Below the pieces are notes generated by a model. That model saw only the letters and a list, made by a program, of their open reading frames with translations, had not been told where the DNA came from and did no database searches. From Octopus vulgaris (lineage: Eukaryota): a stretch of 64,000 nucleotides of DNA. Positions 1 through 12,640 of this stretch are shown here, piece by piece. The DNA is taken from assembly GCA_951406725.2 (NCBI GenBank), contig OX597832.1, forward strand, positions 35,898,001 to 35,962,000, read 5' to 3'. Every line of letters begins with the position of its first letter. Within the stretch, counting starts at the first letter, position 1. Both the position numbers and the translations under genes were made by a program.

Positions 1-671
1 AGAACCAGATCATACCTTGGGTATAGAAATTGTATATTATATATCCATATCATATTTTGGTTATATGAGCATTATACCATTGATTATATCAGTAGTGTAA
101 TATTCTAGAAATGTTGGAACATGAAATGGTATAGCATTAGAATAAAGAAAACATACAAATGGCGTACGATTAGCCTACTGTACATCTGATAGCATACCAG
201 TAACATACTAATAATAACTGCATATCACAGAGAGAGAAAGAAAATACCATGCATATCATTCAAGTATCAGGTTTATGGAATGGTATAGTAGCAAACAACA
301 TGCTGACTAAAGGAAAGAATTTTTAATGGCAAGTCAATGGTATACCATTGATACATTACTGACCAGTTACAGACATACCACCGACATCACTCACATTCAT
401 TGACATATTGTTGACATATCATTGACATACCATTGTGATACCATTGAAATAGCATTGACATGCCATTGACAGATAAGAGAGCAATTCTGTATAAAGATAT
501 TTCATGTATGGCAACTAGAATTGAAAGAGTTGAAAGAGTTGAAGAGGAAGTGAAGAATCAACCAAGATGAAAGATGCAGAATATGTAATATATATATATT
601 TATATATATATATATATATTAGTTATATAGATAGATAAATAGATTGGTAAATAGACAGACAGACAGCTAGG

Positions 672-743
<72 letters not shown>

Positions 744-795
744 CAGATAGATGGATAGAGTGTTAGCAATAAACTATAGCTGGATTGTTGTTCAC

Positions 796-839
796 CTTCC
801 TGTCTGCCATTTTGGTGGTAGCTGCCCTGCTTCTTCTCA
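796..839 (-). CDS. Possible small downstream coding exon of the Popeye gene
   Basis: Pyrimidine-rich tract plus caacag| acceptor, donor AAG|gtgaac, 44 nt. In frame with the phase-1 donor at 3185, giving (V)RRSRAATTKMADRK. No homology support. Confidence 0.35.
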
Positions 840-2280
840 CTGTTGATAGTTCCGAAAAGAGTGGATGGATAAAGATGAGTGTATATATGTACACAATATT
901 TGTGTATGTGAGGTGTATGTGTTTATTTTAACAGAAACAAAAGTAAAAGTCCTCAATACATGTGGTAGAGTATGTTTATTTATATCTTCAAAGCTGGTGA
1001 TATGCTCCACCTCTGTTCAGAATTTCTTGCTACATACAGTCATTAAGATCCCACTAAGAAACTCTGAGTAGTGACAGAATGAGTTCTCAGCTTCAAACAG
1101 TTATGCATACATAAATCATAACAATTTTAACCTCATTATATTATGTACCCATACCATAACTACCACACCACAGCACTCCACACTCCTTCATTGTACCACT
1201 CCATTACACCATTGCACTACACCACACCACTCCACACCATACAACTCATGGCCCAAGAATCAACAACAGATGGATGTTTGACTATCAGAAACAGCAGCCA
1301 AACTACCCCATTCCCACAGCCAATGACCACAGTCATCCCCACACTACACACTGCCACTATACTATTATTACGCACCACTATCAATTACAGTACACGATCC
1401 AATACTATCAAACATGTAGTGTCTAATTGACATAATGTCCTTCGATATCAATTAGCAGGCAGTTAAATTACTCTAATTGATGTTTTAAAAACTATCTGTA
1501 TGTTCTTTTGCCTTTTCTGATATTGAAATTATAAGTGAAAGGAAAAAGTAACCATCAAGAAAGGAATCTATCTCACTGACTCAACTTGAACTTTAACAAA
1601 CTCTCACCAAAATAAATTAGAGAATTAAATCTATTTTTCCATATTTCTTGTAGTTTCTCTACACCACCTTTGTCTGCTGTGTGAACACATAATCTAATGG
1701 ATCTAGTTTACAAACTAAGGTTATATTGACACCATTCAGTATTTGCAATAATTTAATTACCACTAATTAGCTATATCAGGATTCTATGTTCCTAATTAGT
1801 AATGGCCATTTTCCCATGATAGCATCTTGGCACACAAAACACAAAATGCAAAGAATTTTGTCATCAATCAATAACTTTCATTTTCATTATAGCACAGTAT
1901 TATTATGGAATATTTGGAAGTCTACAAGTATTATATCATTGTAAGAACATATCTGTTGCATTCAGAGAGGAATGGTAGCATTAACATCTTGAAACAGATC
2001 AGAATTACGGAGATTTTAGAGTTTACAGTTTATCTGTAATATATCAATTGTCTAAAATATTTGTAATATATTAGTTTCAGTTGTGAGATTAATAAAACTG
2101 TATTGTCTACAATGTTGCAGATTGATCACTGAGGTTCTTTGATAAAATGGTTCTGATGTTGCCATACGGCCAATTCGAGATGAGAAATGTTATCAGAAAC
2201 GTATATTCTCATTGACAACAAATTAACATAATTATTGGTTTCAAATTTTGGTACAAAGTCAGCAATTTTGGGGAAGGGTC

Positions 2281-2449
2281 AAGTTGATTCCATCAACCCC
2301 AGTGTTCAACTGGTACTTATTTTATTGGACCTGAAGGGACCAAAAGTAAAGTCAACCCTGATGGCATTTGAACTCAGAATGCAAAGACAGAGCAAATGCT
2401 GCAAAACTTTTTGCCTGGCTTTGCTAACGATTCTGCCAGCTCACTGCCT
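2281..2449 (-). mobile_element. tRNA-derived SINE family A copy (diverged)
   Basis: Reverse complement begins AGGCAGTGAGCTGGCAGAATCGTTAGC and contains GAGTTCAAATGCC and AATAAGTACCAGTTG. Confidence 0.75.
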
Positions 2450-3111
2450 GACACTAATGCAATTATCAACAGTATTAACAACATGCCAACAGCACAGAAA
2501 CACCACACTGGGATGACATTGATGTGGTTATAATATGATACTTATGTCATGTTAACACCATACTGACCATACAACACACTAATAACAATGCGATAATACT
2601 ACACTAATAACATAACACCATACTAACAGCATTTTAATGACACAATAACACCATGCTAAATACGTCTGATTGAGAAAGCAATTAGTGTCACAACAACATA
2701 ACAATACAACAAAACTATAACAATATAAGTCCATAATTACACAACACTAACCAAACACTAACAAAATACTATCATTAACATAAAACTAACAACATACTAT
2801 CACAAGGCTAATACTACAAACAAAATAGTAACACAGTACTAATGAATTTGTTAGGAAAAATTAATGCACCATCACCAACTCCATCACCATCACCACTGTA
2901 ATCACCACCATCTTCACCACCACCACCACCACCACCACCACCATCACCTGATGATGATGATGATAACTATAATATTTCTACAAATTCTGTCAGAATCTGG
3001 GATCTAATTACCAAATGCTTAATATTTGAGTACATGTTTATGTATGTGTGTATATGTGTGTATATATGTGTATATGTGTGTATATGTGCCTGCAAGTATG
3101 TTTTTGTCATG

Positions 3112-3366
3112 TTACCCTGTTGTAAAATACACAAGAAATACTGAACTCGAGTAAAATGTCTGACTTTGTGCCTGAATCTCCTTACCAATGTCTTCTTCAT
3201 CATCATTTTCGTTCTGTAGATTTGTAGTTCCAGGGATACCAGAAATGGATTCTTGAACTGGTTGGTTTATTCCAGCAATGGTCTTTCTGATATCTCGACC
3301 AGAATGGATTGACGATGAAATACTTGGCAGACGTATGTCCATTCTTGAACCTTGTGGGGTCAGCAC
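3112..3366 (-). CDS. BVES: Popeye domain protein coding exon 6 (C-terminal tail). Ends either at the stop at 3114-3112 or at an internal donor after 3186
   Basis: Acceptor aattag| at 3367, phase 0. Encodes VLTPQGSRMDIRLPSISSS..., containing the conserved POPDC 'DIRLPS' motif, then acidic NDDEED. An in-exon donor G|gtaagg at 3185 is an alternative end. Read-through gives a protein of about 370 aa. Confidence 0.8.
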   Translation of the reverse strand: MLTPQGSRMDIRLPSISSSIHSGRDIRKTIAGINQPVQESISGIPGTTNLQNENDDEEDIGKEIQAQSQTFYSSSVFLVYFTTG

Positions 3367-4023
3367 CTAATTTGGGAAAAGACACATTTCAAAAGAAATC
3401 ATTTGCTAAATGATGGAGATTCTCGTCATAATGGCAACTCTTCAATGACTGCAGCACCAGAATAAACAGAGTTCCCATCGAAGACTTTATCTTCATTCAT
3501 GAGCCTACTATTTGTTAAGATATACCCATGGTAAGATAATAAGACATGCTAGAAATAGCTGCCAAATCTCCAGTAAATTACACCATATTGTCTTAAGAAA
3601 TATAAGTACACTTTGGCCAATATAGTTATAAATATATTTACAAACAGACAGGATGATCACAAATTGAATGACATTTATTGAACAAGCACAACTGTTTGGT
3701 TAAGTAAGTCATTTCACAATAATGTGGTTCCAGATTTTATCCCACAATATAGCACTTTGGATGAGGATGGATATCTCTCTCTCTCTCTATATATATAGTT
3801 GTTAAAATTTATCCGCAATAAATTGCTTATAACTTCTACAATACACAAAATATTTATAAAGTTTTCTCATGCAATTAAATATATTAAAAGATTAACATTT
3901 TATGACAGTCTTTAATTCTAGACAGTATCTCAATGGAAACTGATTAACAATGAAGTCAGGTATATATTTTTGGAGTGAAATAATTAATAATTATTTTAAT
4001 GATAGCTATTCTGCTACACTCAC

Positions 4024-4176
4024 CTTTTCATTTAGGGCATATAATTTATTTGTGATGTCACGGCCAAATATGAGACAAAGAACAGTAGCCAGGTATGGTT
4101 CCTTGATCATTAAATATTCTAAACTGTGTCGTGACCAGAAAATATAACGACATGTGGTATCAGCAACTATAGACAC
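4024..4176 (-). CDS. BVES: Popeye domain protein coding exon 5 (not in the ORF track)
   Basis: Acceptor tgtttcag|, donor |gtgagt, 153 nt, phase 0 to 0. Manual translation: VSIVADTTCRYIFWSRHSLEYLMIKEPYLATVLCLIFGRDITNKLYALNEK, matching POPDC 'VTI.A...CR...W.R..L......EP.L......IG.DI.NKLY.LN'. Confidence 0.95.
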
Positions 4177-4577
4177 CTGAAACAGAGAGAAGGCAAAGAG
4201 AAACTATGATATACTAACATATGTTGAAAGACAGACAGGCAGAGAGACACAGACACAGACACACACACACACAGACACACAGACAAAGACACACACACAC
4301 ACAGACACAGACACACACACAGACACACACACACACACACACACATGTATACATATGAGAAATGAAAGCATGGAAGGGTATATGAAAAAGTACTCAATAC
4401 ATAAAACAGAACAAAAATAATTTATTAAAACAGAAAGATTAGAATCATTTCTTCTTTCGGTTCTTCGGATGGTTCTAGGAATTATAAGTGTGATTCTCAG
4501 AAAAGCATGTGAAAAGAGTCCATTGGTTTTAGTTGGATTAACAGAATAACGATGGAAGTGGTATTGAGGAGAGAGAA

Positions 4578-4795
4578 GGCAGTGAGCTGGCAGAAACATT
4601 AGCACACCGGGCGAAATGCGTAGCCATATTTCGTCTGCCGCTACGTTCTGAGTTAAAATTCCTCTGAAGTCAACTTTGCCTTTCATCCTTTCGGGGGTCG
4701 ATAAATTAAGTACCAGTTGTGCACTGGGATCGATGTAATCGACTTAATCTATTTGTCTGTCCTTGTTTGTCTCCTCTGTGTTTAGCCCCTCGTGG

Positions 4796-4801
<6 letters not shown>
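4578..4801 (+). mobile_element. tRNA-derived SINE family A copy in Popeye intron
   Basis: Aligns end to end with 42488-42718. Followed by (AG)n. Confidence 0.85.
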
Positions 4802-4851
<50 letters not shown>

Positions 4852-5799
4852 CATTACTCTATTGTACCTGCTGATGAATACAGATGATTAATCTCAACTG
4901 CATGAAACAATTAGATTTAACCCAGAGATTTAACAAAGTACATAATTTTAATAAAAGTGTTTACTGAATGCTTCAAATTCTTGCTTGAAAACCCAAACAG
5001 GTAAATATATAGCTGTATGCATACATCCTCCTTCTCCTCCTCATCATTGTTCTTGTCCACTTTTCATATTCACATAGATTACATGGAGTATCACAATTGG
5101 AATCAGTACATGTCTGGAAGTAATGCTCTCTTAGATGGCCTGGAAGACCACCTCTTGCTCATGGGTTTCAATTTTTGGCATGGTTTCTTCTGTGACCGAA
5201 TGCCCTGCTGAACATCAGCTTCACAGTGTTCTAGGTACATTTTATCGTGATACCATGAGAAGTACTCATTACTTTCACAAGACTAAAGAGACTTCTTGAC
5301 TCTACGTCTGAATTTACTTGCCAAAAATTTTGAGAATGAGAAGCATGAGTGATAGTGGCACGACTGGCAGAGGGATGAATGGTAATGGCAAGTGAGATGA
5401 GTGACGGGAGAACTCAGCATTCTGGGACATGTATTCACATTGAAGACAATATTAGCAAGAAAGATGGCAGATGATTATACAACCCAAGAGATTGAGTGAT
5501 GGCAAAGGAAGAGTGAGGATGAGTGGATGAAGAGGAGCAAGAGAATGAAACAGAGTGATGACTGGCAGTACAGGTAGTGGGGAGGGTGGTGAATGCAGAG
5601 GGAACTGGGCATAGAAGGCCCAGGGTGCGATGGGTAAATTGTCGCCAATTTATATTTTTAATTTGGTGCATACACATTGTTTGTCTTTCATGTTGTTGAC
5701 TATACAGTATAGTAGGGTCAGTTGGGCACCATCTGTGAGAAAAATAGTTGCATAACGCAATTCACTCTGCTATAAATTTGGAAATGACATGCTGTACTG

Positions 5800-6205
5800 C
5801 TTGGTAATTGTGTCAGAAGCTCCAATATGAACAGATGCTGAACACACAGAACAACCATTCGCTTACCATATCCCCAAAACATGTACCAAGAGTGATAAAA
5901 ATCAAACATCCAGTCAACATCATGGTCTTTGGAGTGATCACTAGTGATGGTGATGTTATGCCTCCATTCATCTTCCCACATGGCATCAAACTCAACATGG
6001 AGACCTACATTATTATGTGCCTGAAGGAGGTAGTGCTGCCCTGGGTCAATAAGGTGGCCATTGGAAGATCCTATGTCTGGCAACAACACTCTGCCCCATG
6101 CTGCACAAGCAGGAGAACCCAGTCATGGCTGTCCAGACAATTTCCACAACTACATCACCCCTAACATCTGGCAACCTTTCTCCTCAAATTGCAACCCCTT
6201 TGCTT
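5800..6205 (+). mobile_element. Tc1/mariner (maT/DD37D-like) catalytic-domain fragment
   Basis: KHPVNIMVFGVITSDGDVMPPFIF...EVVLPWV...YVWQQHSAPCCTSRRTQSWL...WQPFSSNCNP corresponds to QQDSAPCH / WPPxSPDCNP. Confidence 0.8.
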
Positions 6206-6367
6206 TGAAGTTCGTAGTAATGACAGTATTTTTTTTATTGTGTTTGAAGAGAGTAAAATTTTGTTTACCAAAATTTCAATAGACTTCTGTATTTTTCTTT
6301 GCATGTACATATGTATCTTAAAACAATATGTATGCATATGTATGTGAGTGTTAAGAGAGAACTTTAC

Positions 6368-6473
6368 CTGGTACTTCTCTTCACCAGATACACTTGACTC
6401 AAATTCCGGAGTGTCAATAAACTGCCCTTGACAGATATGATGGAGGAAGTTCCTGCTACTGTATACACTGAGC
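6368..6473 (-). CDS. BVES: Popeye domain protein coding exon 4 (first half of phosphate-binding cassette)
   Basis: Acceptor atttcag|, donor |gtaaag, 106 nt, phase 2 to 0. Encodes LSVYSSRNFLHHICQGQFIDTPEFESSVSGEEKYQ, corresponding to the POPDC FLH.I...FIDSPE...EKFQ motif. Confidence 0.95.
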
Positions 6474-7126
6474 CTGAAATAAGACAATAACGATATGGGG
6501 AGACATTTGGAGACATGGGAAGAGACACAAAACCTGGCACAATGGTTTAATTCATGTTGTTGCTGTTGTATAATCATTGGTCAGCTCTGATGGAGTCAAA
6601 TTATGGTTAAATGCATTCAAACTTTAACCATCTCATCTTTTGCCAAGTTTCATGTATTTATGTTTATATTGTCAAATACTATTTTAGGTACCTTTTTACA
6701 ATGACAGAGGTAAACTGAAGGAAACTTGACTCCTGTTTCTAGCAGGTTAAGGGAATCTGTAAAGCTTCTTTATTTTGGGAATATATTAAAGCTTATAGTT
6801 CTCTACAGTCATTACATATAGATAAAAGTCGAGTGTCTACACACTGTGTTGTCTCCATAAACAGTCAATACCTTGATACTATCTACCCATTCAAACTGTT
6901 TATTTGTTTTCTTATCTGCCTCGTTGCTTGATTCCCTGTCTTTCTATCGGTCTGTCTTTTTAATCTATCTGCATGTCTGTCGATTTGTCCATCCATCAAC
7001 TCTGTCTTTCTGTCTGCCTGTCTTTCTATCAGTCTGCATGTATGTAGATCCATCTATTCACCCAACAACTGTATCTCTGTATATTTACACAGTTATTTCC
7101 ATCTAAATAAATGACTGAACAAACAA

Positions 7127-7186
<60 letters not shown>

Positions 7187-7892
7187 CAGTATTCTGTGGT
7201 TAACATCTCCACACTAATTGCCATCAGTATTCCATTGATACACTTCACAAGGTAACAATTGCAGACTTCAGTCTGTTTTGCCTCTTTCACACTTATTTCT
7301 GACAATCATTAAACTAGTGTCAGAAAAATATATATAAAGTTGAGATTATTAAACAGAAATTTATAAAAACAATTATAAAGCTATACAAAAATAAGAATAA
7401 AAAATAGCAAATAAATTTAATCCAGACAACTTTAGAATTGCCTATAATTTTCGATTTTGTATAAATTTGTGCTTAAATTTTTAATTATCTTTTTAAATAT
7501 TCAAGAAGTGGAAAAATACTGTGGAAACAAAGATTACTTCAATAAATTTTATCTTGTTTGACATTAAAGATACACATAGATATATATATACATTTCTGTA
7601 TATATACACACACACGTGTGCGCATTCACACACGTATTCATAAAGACACATATATAATGTGTGTGTGTGTGTATAGGTTTGAGGATGCAAACATGAAAAT
7701 TAGGACTCAACACATGAGTATATATATTTCATTTTATTAATATATAGCAAAAGCGACAGAGTAACACAAAGGCCCAGAGTTTATCACTTATATATACACA
7801 CATATATATTATTTAGCAGAAGTAACAGACTGACTCAAGGGCCAAGAGACGCTCATATTTTCAGTTCCATTTTTCCTTTTTGTATCACCATA

Positions 7893-7930
<38 letters not shown>

Positions 7931-7933
<3 letters not shown>

Positions 7934-8460
7934 GGTGCGGCGAATAAATTGTCATCTAAATTATGCAAAAATGAAAACAACACTGACATCTCATTTTAAC
8001 AGATATATTTACCAAAATGACATAAAAATATCTTGAAATTCTAAAGAGTAAATTTATTCAATAAAATCGCCATTGACCCCAACCATGGCCTCCAGATGGC
8101 TTCGGAATCTCCTGCAACACTTCTGGATGGTCTTCTTGTTTAAATTGGTGAATGCTTCCATAATCCTTGCCTTAAGTTCTGATTGACTTGCAGGGATCGT
8201 TATCAATCATGGCCTGGATCTCACCAACAAATTTAGGAGTTCTTTTCTTATCAGAACGACCAGAGTGAGCTTTCCATGCTGCCGTACCTTTGTAATCCCC
8301 ATTAGACTCATCCAACTCTTTCTGAATCCTCTGCACTCTCCTCAGATTGACACCCAAACACTCTGAAATGTACATATTGGAGCTTCCGGCATGAATGCCA
8401 AGTAGTACAGCATGTTGTTTCCAAAATTTTTTGGCAAATAAACACACTCACTCTATATTT
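7931..8460 (-). mobile_element. Tc1/mariner (maT-like) element with internal deletion
   Basis: The N-terminal HTH region (ORF 8172-8447) is joined directly to the C-terminus LKARIMEAFTNLNKKTIQKCCRRFRSHLEAMVGVNGDFIE*. A terminal CAGGGTGCGG abuts (TA)n at 7931. Confidence 0.75.
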
Positions 8461-8988
8461 TTCTTCACTTGTTTATTACTCTCTCTCTCCCTCTCTCTCT
8501 CTCTCCCTCTCTCTCTCTCTCCCTCTCTCTCTCTATCTCTGTCCACAGAGTACTGGAAAGGTCTTCTTTTTTGCTTCAATCCAGAAATTGGAACCAATTC
8601 ACAATTAACATGAGGTCTCTTTTTAATTTTCTCTCACTAACCCAGCTACATGTATATTTTAGCTGGAGTTTCTGAAGGTATTGGTACTTCAAGCATGCTG
8701 GAGAAAGATTGTTTTCACCTGATCTCCCTTCGTATAATTATATACATATGTAAATTATTATCAATTTAATGTATTAATTGCCTATAAATTTTTATAGCAG
8801 GCTGACTACTTGATAAAAATCACTAATGTGATTTTTATACTTATATTCCTTTGTGAATTTATATATATAGAGAGAGATATACATGTATCATCATCATCAT
8901 CATCATCGTCGTTTAACGTCTGTTCTCCATGCTAGCATGGGTTGGATGGTTCGACCGGGGTTCTGATGTATTAAAGTGATAGTAAAAT

Positions 8989-9038
<50 letters not shown>

Positions 9039-9270
9039 AGAGAGAGAAAGAGAAAGAGAGAGAGGTAGATAAGAGTTTTTTGTGTTATTATTGTCAAATT
9101 TAATTTCATTTGAACTTCACTAAAACACAAGTCAAGATTAATACAATAACTGTTGTGAATATTAGTTGTTAATTTAATTGTGTTGCTGTATTTTCGAATA
9201 TTGAGTCTAAGTCTAAGAGACCCAATGAGATAGACATCTCGAAAGGCTGAACAGATAGACAGTTACTTAC

Positions 9271-9393
9271 ATTCCAGATATTAGTAAACCCAACTTGTCT
9301 GTCTTTGTGATTGACTGTGTTGCATAACACTCGCCTTGGTACAGAGTCATTAGAGTGCAGTAATCTGCATGTGTCAGTTTCTTGAACAGTGAT
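9271..9393 (-). CDS. BVES: Popeye domain protein coding exon 3
   Basis: Acceptor ttgcag|, donor |gtaagt, 123 nt, phase 2 to 2. Encodes SLFKKLTHADYCTLMTLYQGECYATQSITKTDKLGLLISG(M), matching POPDC 'F.KL....C....L..G..YA.E..T..D.L.LL.SG'. Confidence 0.93.
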
Positions 9394-9959
9394 CTGCAAC
9401 AGAAGAAAGACAGGAGAAAAGGATTCAAGTATGTAAAAACAAAAACATTACACTGGCTTCTACACAATGACCTCTACACTAACCTTCTGACCTCTTTACA
9501 CTGACATTTACAAAGACCCTATGATCTCTATAAACAGATTTTTGAACAAATAAATTTTTGAGATGAGTTGTTACCAGAATAATTTTTTTTTGGGGGGGGG
9601 CTATTGACATCCTATTTAAAGTGTTTACATACATATACATATATACATGTGCACGTGTGGTGTGTTTGTATGTGTGTGCATATACACACATGCATGTGTG
9701 TGTGTGTGTGTGTGTGTTAGAATTACTGGAAAAAGCAGTCACAATTCAAATTTTACATATACCCGGGATAACTTGATGGTAACTGGTAGACAAATCACGT
9801 ATTTTACTATCACTTTAATGCCAACTCTTTATGCAAGTCATCCTTTATTAAATTATGGATGTACCACCATGGACATTTCTTCATTAATGCTCAAAGTGTC
9901 TGTGTGACTGTGTCATCATAGTATATTTGGTTAATCAGAGAGCTGACTGATCCCATTCT

Positions 9960-10345
9960 TTTATTGTTTTACTTGTTTCAATCATTTTATTGCGGCCATG
10001 CTGGAACACCACCTTAAAGGGTTTTTAGTCAAAGAAATTGACCCAAGGACTTATTCTTTGTAAGCCTAATACTTATTCTATCAGTCTCTTTTGTTGAACT
10101 ACTATTTACAAGGATGTAAACACAAGATCATCGATTGTCAAGTGATGGTGGGTGACAAACACAGACACAAAGACACACACACACAAATATATATATATAC
10201 ACAACAGAATTCTTTCCACTCTCAAGGCTTTGGTTGACTTGAGGCTATTGTAAAAGACACTTGCCCAAGGCACCATATAGTAGGACTGAACCCAGAACCA
10301 TGTGGCTGAGAAGCAAGCTTCTTGCCACAACAGCCACGCCTGCAC
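9960..10345 (-). mobile_element. SINE family B copy in Popeye intron (CpG-decayed)
   Basis: Aligns to 59950-60306 with many CG to TG/CA changes. Confidence 0.8.
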
Positions 10346-11462
10346 CTACGTGCAAAATTATTTGGTCCATCCAAGCCAAATCCTTAGAGAATCTTCATGT
10401 CTAAACTCATATCCAGTTAAACCGAATAAAATTCGAAAAGTTTAGATCTCAGGTCAGTTCTGTTAAATTCTTGCCCTGCTATGAACGACATGGAACACAT
10501 ATTGCTTCTGCTTTCAATTGGATAAAAAAACAAAAAAGCGTTATGAATCTTTACAACCTTCTTTGTTTGATTTCCGAAACTCTTATCTGAAGAACTCTTC
10601 TCACTTCAGGTAACTTTCCATGCAACACCTGCTTGCTTTCTACTGTTTTGGCTATCAGATCAATGCTCTGTTAACACCAATTCCTTTTACACTATTTCAA
10701 TTAATTTCACTTTATCCCAGCACATTATTCTATTTTATTTGTTATATTCTCAGATTTTTAAATCCATTTCATTTCTAATCTATTTGAATCTATTTGATTT
10801 ACTTTACCATTCTTTGAAAATTCTATATTTTTATAAAATTGTGATTTTATAAATTTATAACTTTTTCACCACAAATTTATTTCATATATATTTTTCCATC
10901 AGATAAAGAAAAACGAATTTTCCATCATCTCCATCCCCTTTTAACATTTATCAACTCTAACCTTCGTTTTCTCCGTTGCCCACCTAGTTCAAATCATTGC
11001 TCCATTGCTTTATTGTAAACCGTATCATTCTTGCCTGGTTTTTGGTATTCATCTTTCTGTCAGTTTACATTTAAATGGGTTTTAGTTATTCATTGAGTGG
11101 AAATTCATGTAAAGAAATGTCTGTGTGTCTGTGTGCATCTGTGCGTTTTATATGGTTGCATGTGAAAAAAATAATGGGAAGTCATATGGACATGATAACG
11201 GTTTCATTTTTTGAGATTTTATTTTCATTTGTACAGTTCTTACACATTGCAACAACAATGCAGAAGTATTGAATGCAGCTAAATGTTCGTATGCAAAATA
11301 CAAGAATATGATCATTGCACTTTTTTCTACCATTTGCATCCAGTCAGGGTTGAGCATTATATTCAAAAATTTTTCACTAGGACCTGCTCGGTAAAAGATC
11401 TCTCTCTCTCTCTTTCTCTGTCTTTCTCTTTCTCTCGTATATATATATATATATATATCTAT

Positions 11463-11501
<39 letters not shown>

Positions 11502-11609
11502 ATCATCATCATCATCATCATCATTTGATGTTTGCTTTCCATGCTGGAGAGCTGCACCAGACACACACACATACGTATATATAGCATTAAGAGTATTTTA
11601 ACTCTTATT

Positions 11610-12235
11610 TCTAGCAATGTAGATGTCTTGGTACCTTAGTCTTTCATAATGGCTCCTCCAAGTCTCTTTCTTTTCCAAATCATTAAAAGCAAGTGCACCA
11701 TCATCCATGCAGACAAATTTCTCTCCTGTGACATCACAATTTTTTCTCACACACTGTCTCGCAATCCGGAATACTTCAGTTCTTTGGTCCTTACATCTCT
11801 GGACATTGGCAAACTTCTTCTTTTCTGCTTCACCCTTGCCTATGTATACCTGTCGCTCAGCCTTCCTTTTGGCTATCTGGTATGGTTCCCTGCTACCCCC
11901 ACCTTTCCAGGCTTTCCAGGCCTGTTTCTTTGCTCTGATGACTTTGTCTACTGTATTATTCCACCACCATGTAACTCTAGGTCTGGAAGGGACTTGTCAT
12001 TAGTGACTTTCGACTCGAGACCAGGAGGATGCCAAGAAGCAGACCAATCGAGAAGAGAAGGATTTGGAAGCTAAAGAACCTTTCACATGGTCAGAGATTT
12101 AGGGACATCCTCATCAAGCAATTTGATGAGAGAGAGGAGGAACTACAGTCCTTGGACATAGAAGGTAGCTGGAAATTCTTATGGAACAGCTTACTGAGTG
12201 TCACAGACTAAGTCTGCAGATGGCTGGTCTGGGTA
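11610..12235 (-). mobile_element. RTE-clade LINE fragment with an inverted 5' part
   Basis: Minus strand from about 12000: VPSRPRVTWWWNNTVDKVIRAKKQAWKAWKGGGSREPYQ...WRSHYERL. Plus strand 12000-12235: RRIWKLK...WKFLWNSLLSVTD*VCRW, the segment that normally precedes it. Confidence 0.8.
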
Positions 12236-12247
12236 GTTGTTGGCCTG

Positions 12248-12640
12248 TTTCTAGACAGAACAAAAATGAAAAGAGAGATAGTCAGTTAAGCAGGTGGGCA
12301 GATAACCTGATTGCATTTGTCCAAGTAGAGGGAGAGAGAAAGAGAGGAGAGTGATAGAGAGAGAAAGAGAAGGTGCAGGTAATATAGGGAACAGCACCAG
12401 TGAGAAGGGGGGATTGAGAGAAGAGACATCTGGTGACAAAATTTCTAGACAGAATGAAATGAAAGATAGCCAGTTAAGTAGATGGGTGGGTGGACAGCTG
12501 GGCTAGTTGCATTTGTCCCAGGAGAGAGAGAAAGTGTGCAGGTAATACATAGAGAACAGCCCCAGTGAGGAGGAGGGGTTGAGAGAATAGAGATCAGGTA
12601 ATGGTGGTGGGAGGAGAGAAAGACATCCGGTGTAGAGGGT
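12248..12640. repeat. Old ~190-bp tandem duplication
   Basis: TTTCTAGACAGAA...CAGTTAAG...TTGCATTTGTCC...GTGCAGGTAATA...CCAGTGAG recurs at about 12248 and about 12442. Confidence 0.7.

Noticed and set aside
1020-1090. Alternative terminal exon (AENSFCHYSEFLSGILMTVCSKKF*) after a ttgaag acceptor
   Set aside because: It is phase-compatible, but the acceptor is weak (AAG, poor pyrimidine tract) and there is no homology support.
4204-4686. 160-aa minus-strand ORF near exon 5
   Set aside because: It is composed of antisense SINE plus (TG)n. The real exon is 4176-4024.
7093-7305. ORF between Popeye exons 3 and 4 as an extra exon
   Set aside because: Exons 3 and 4 already join in phase with continuous Popeye homology. 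The ORF runs into (GA)n and has no family similarity.
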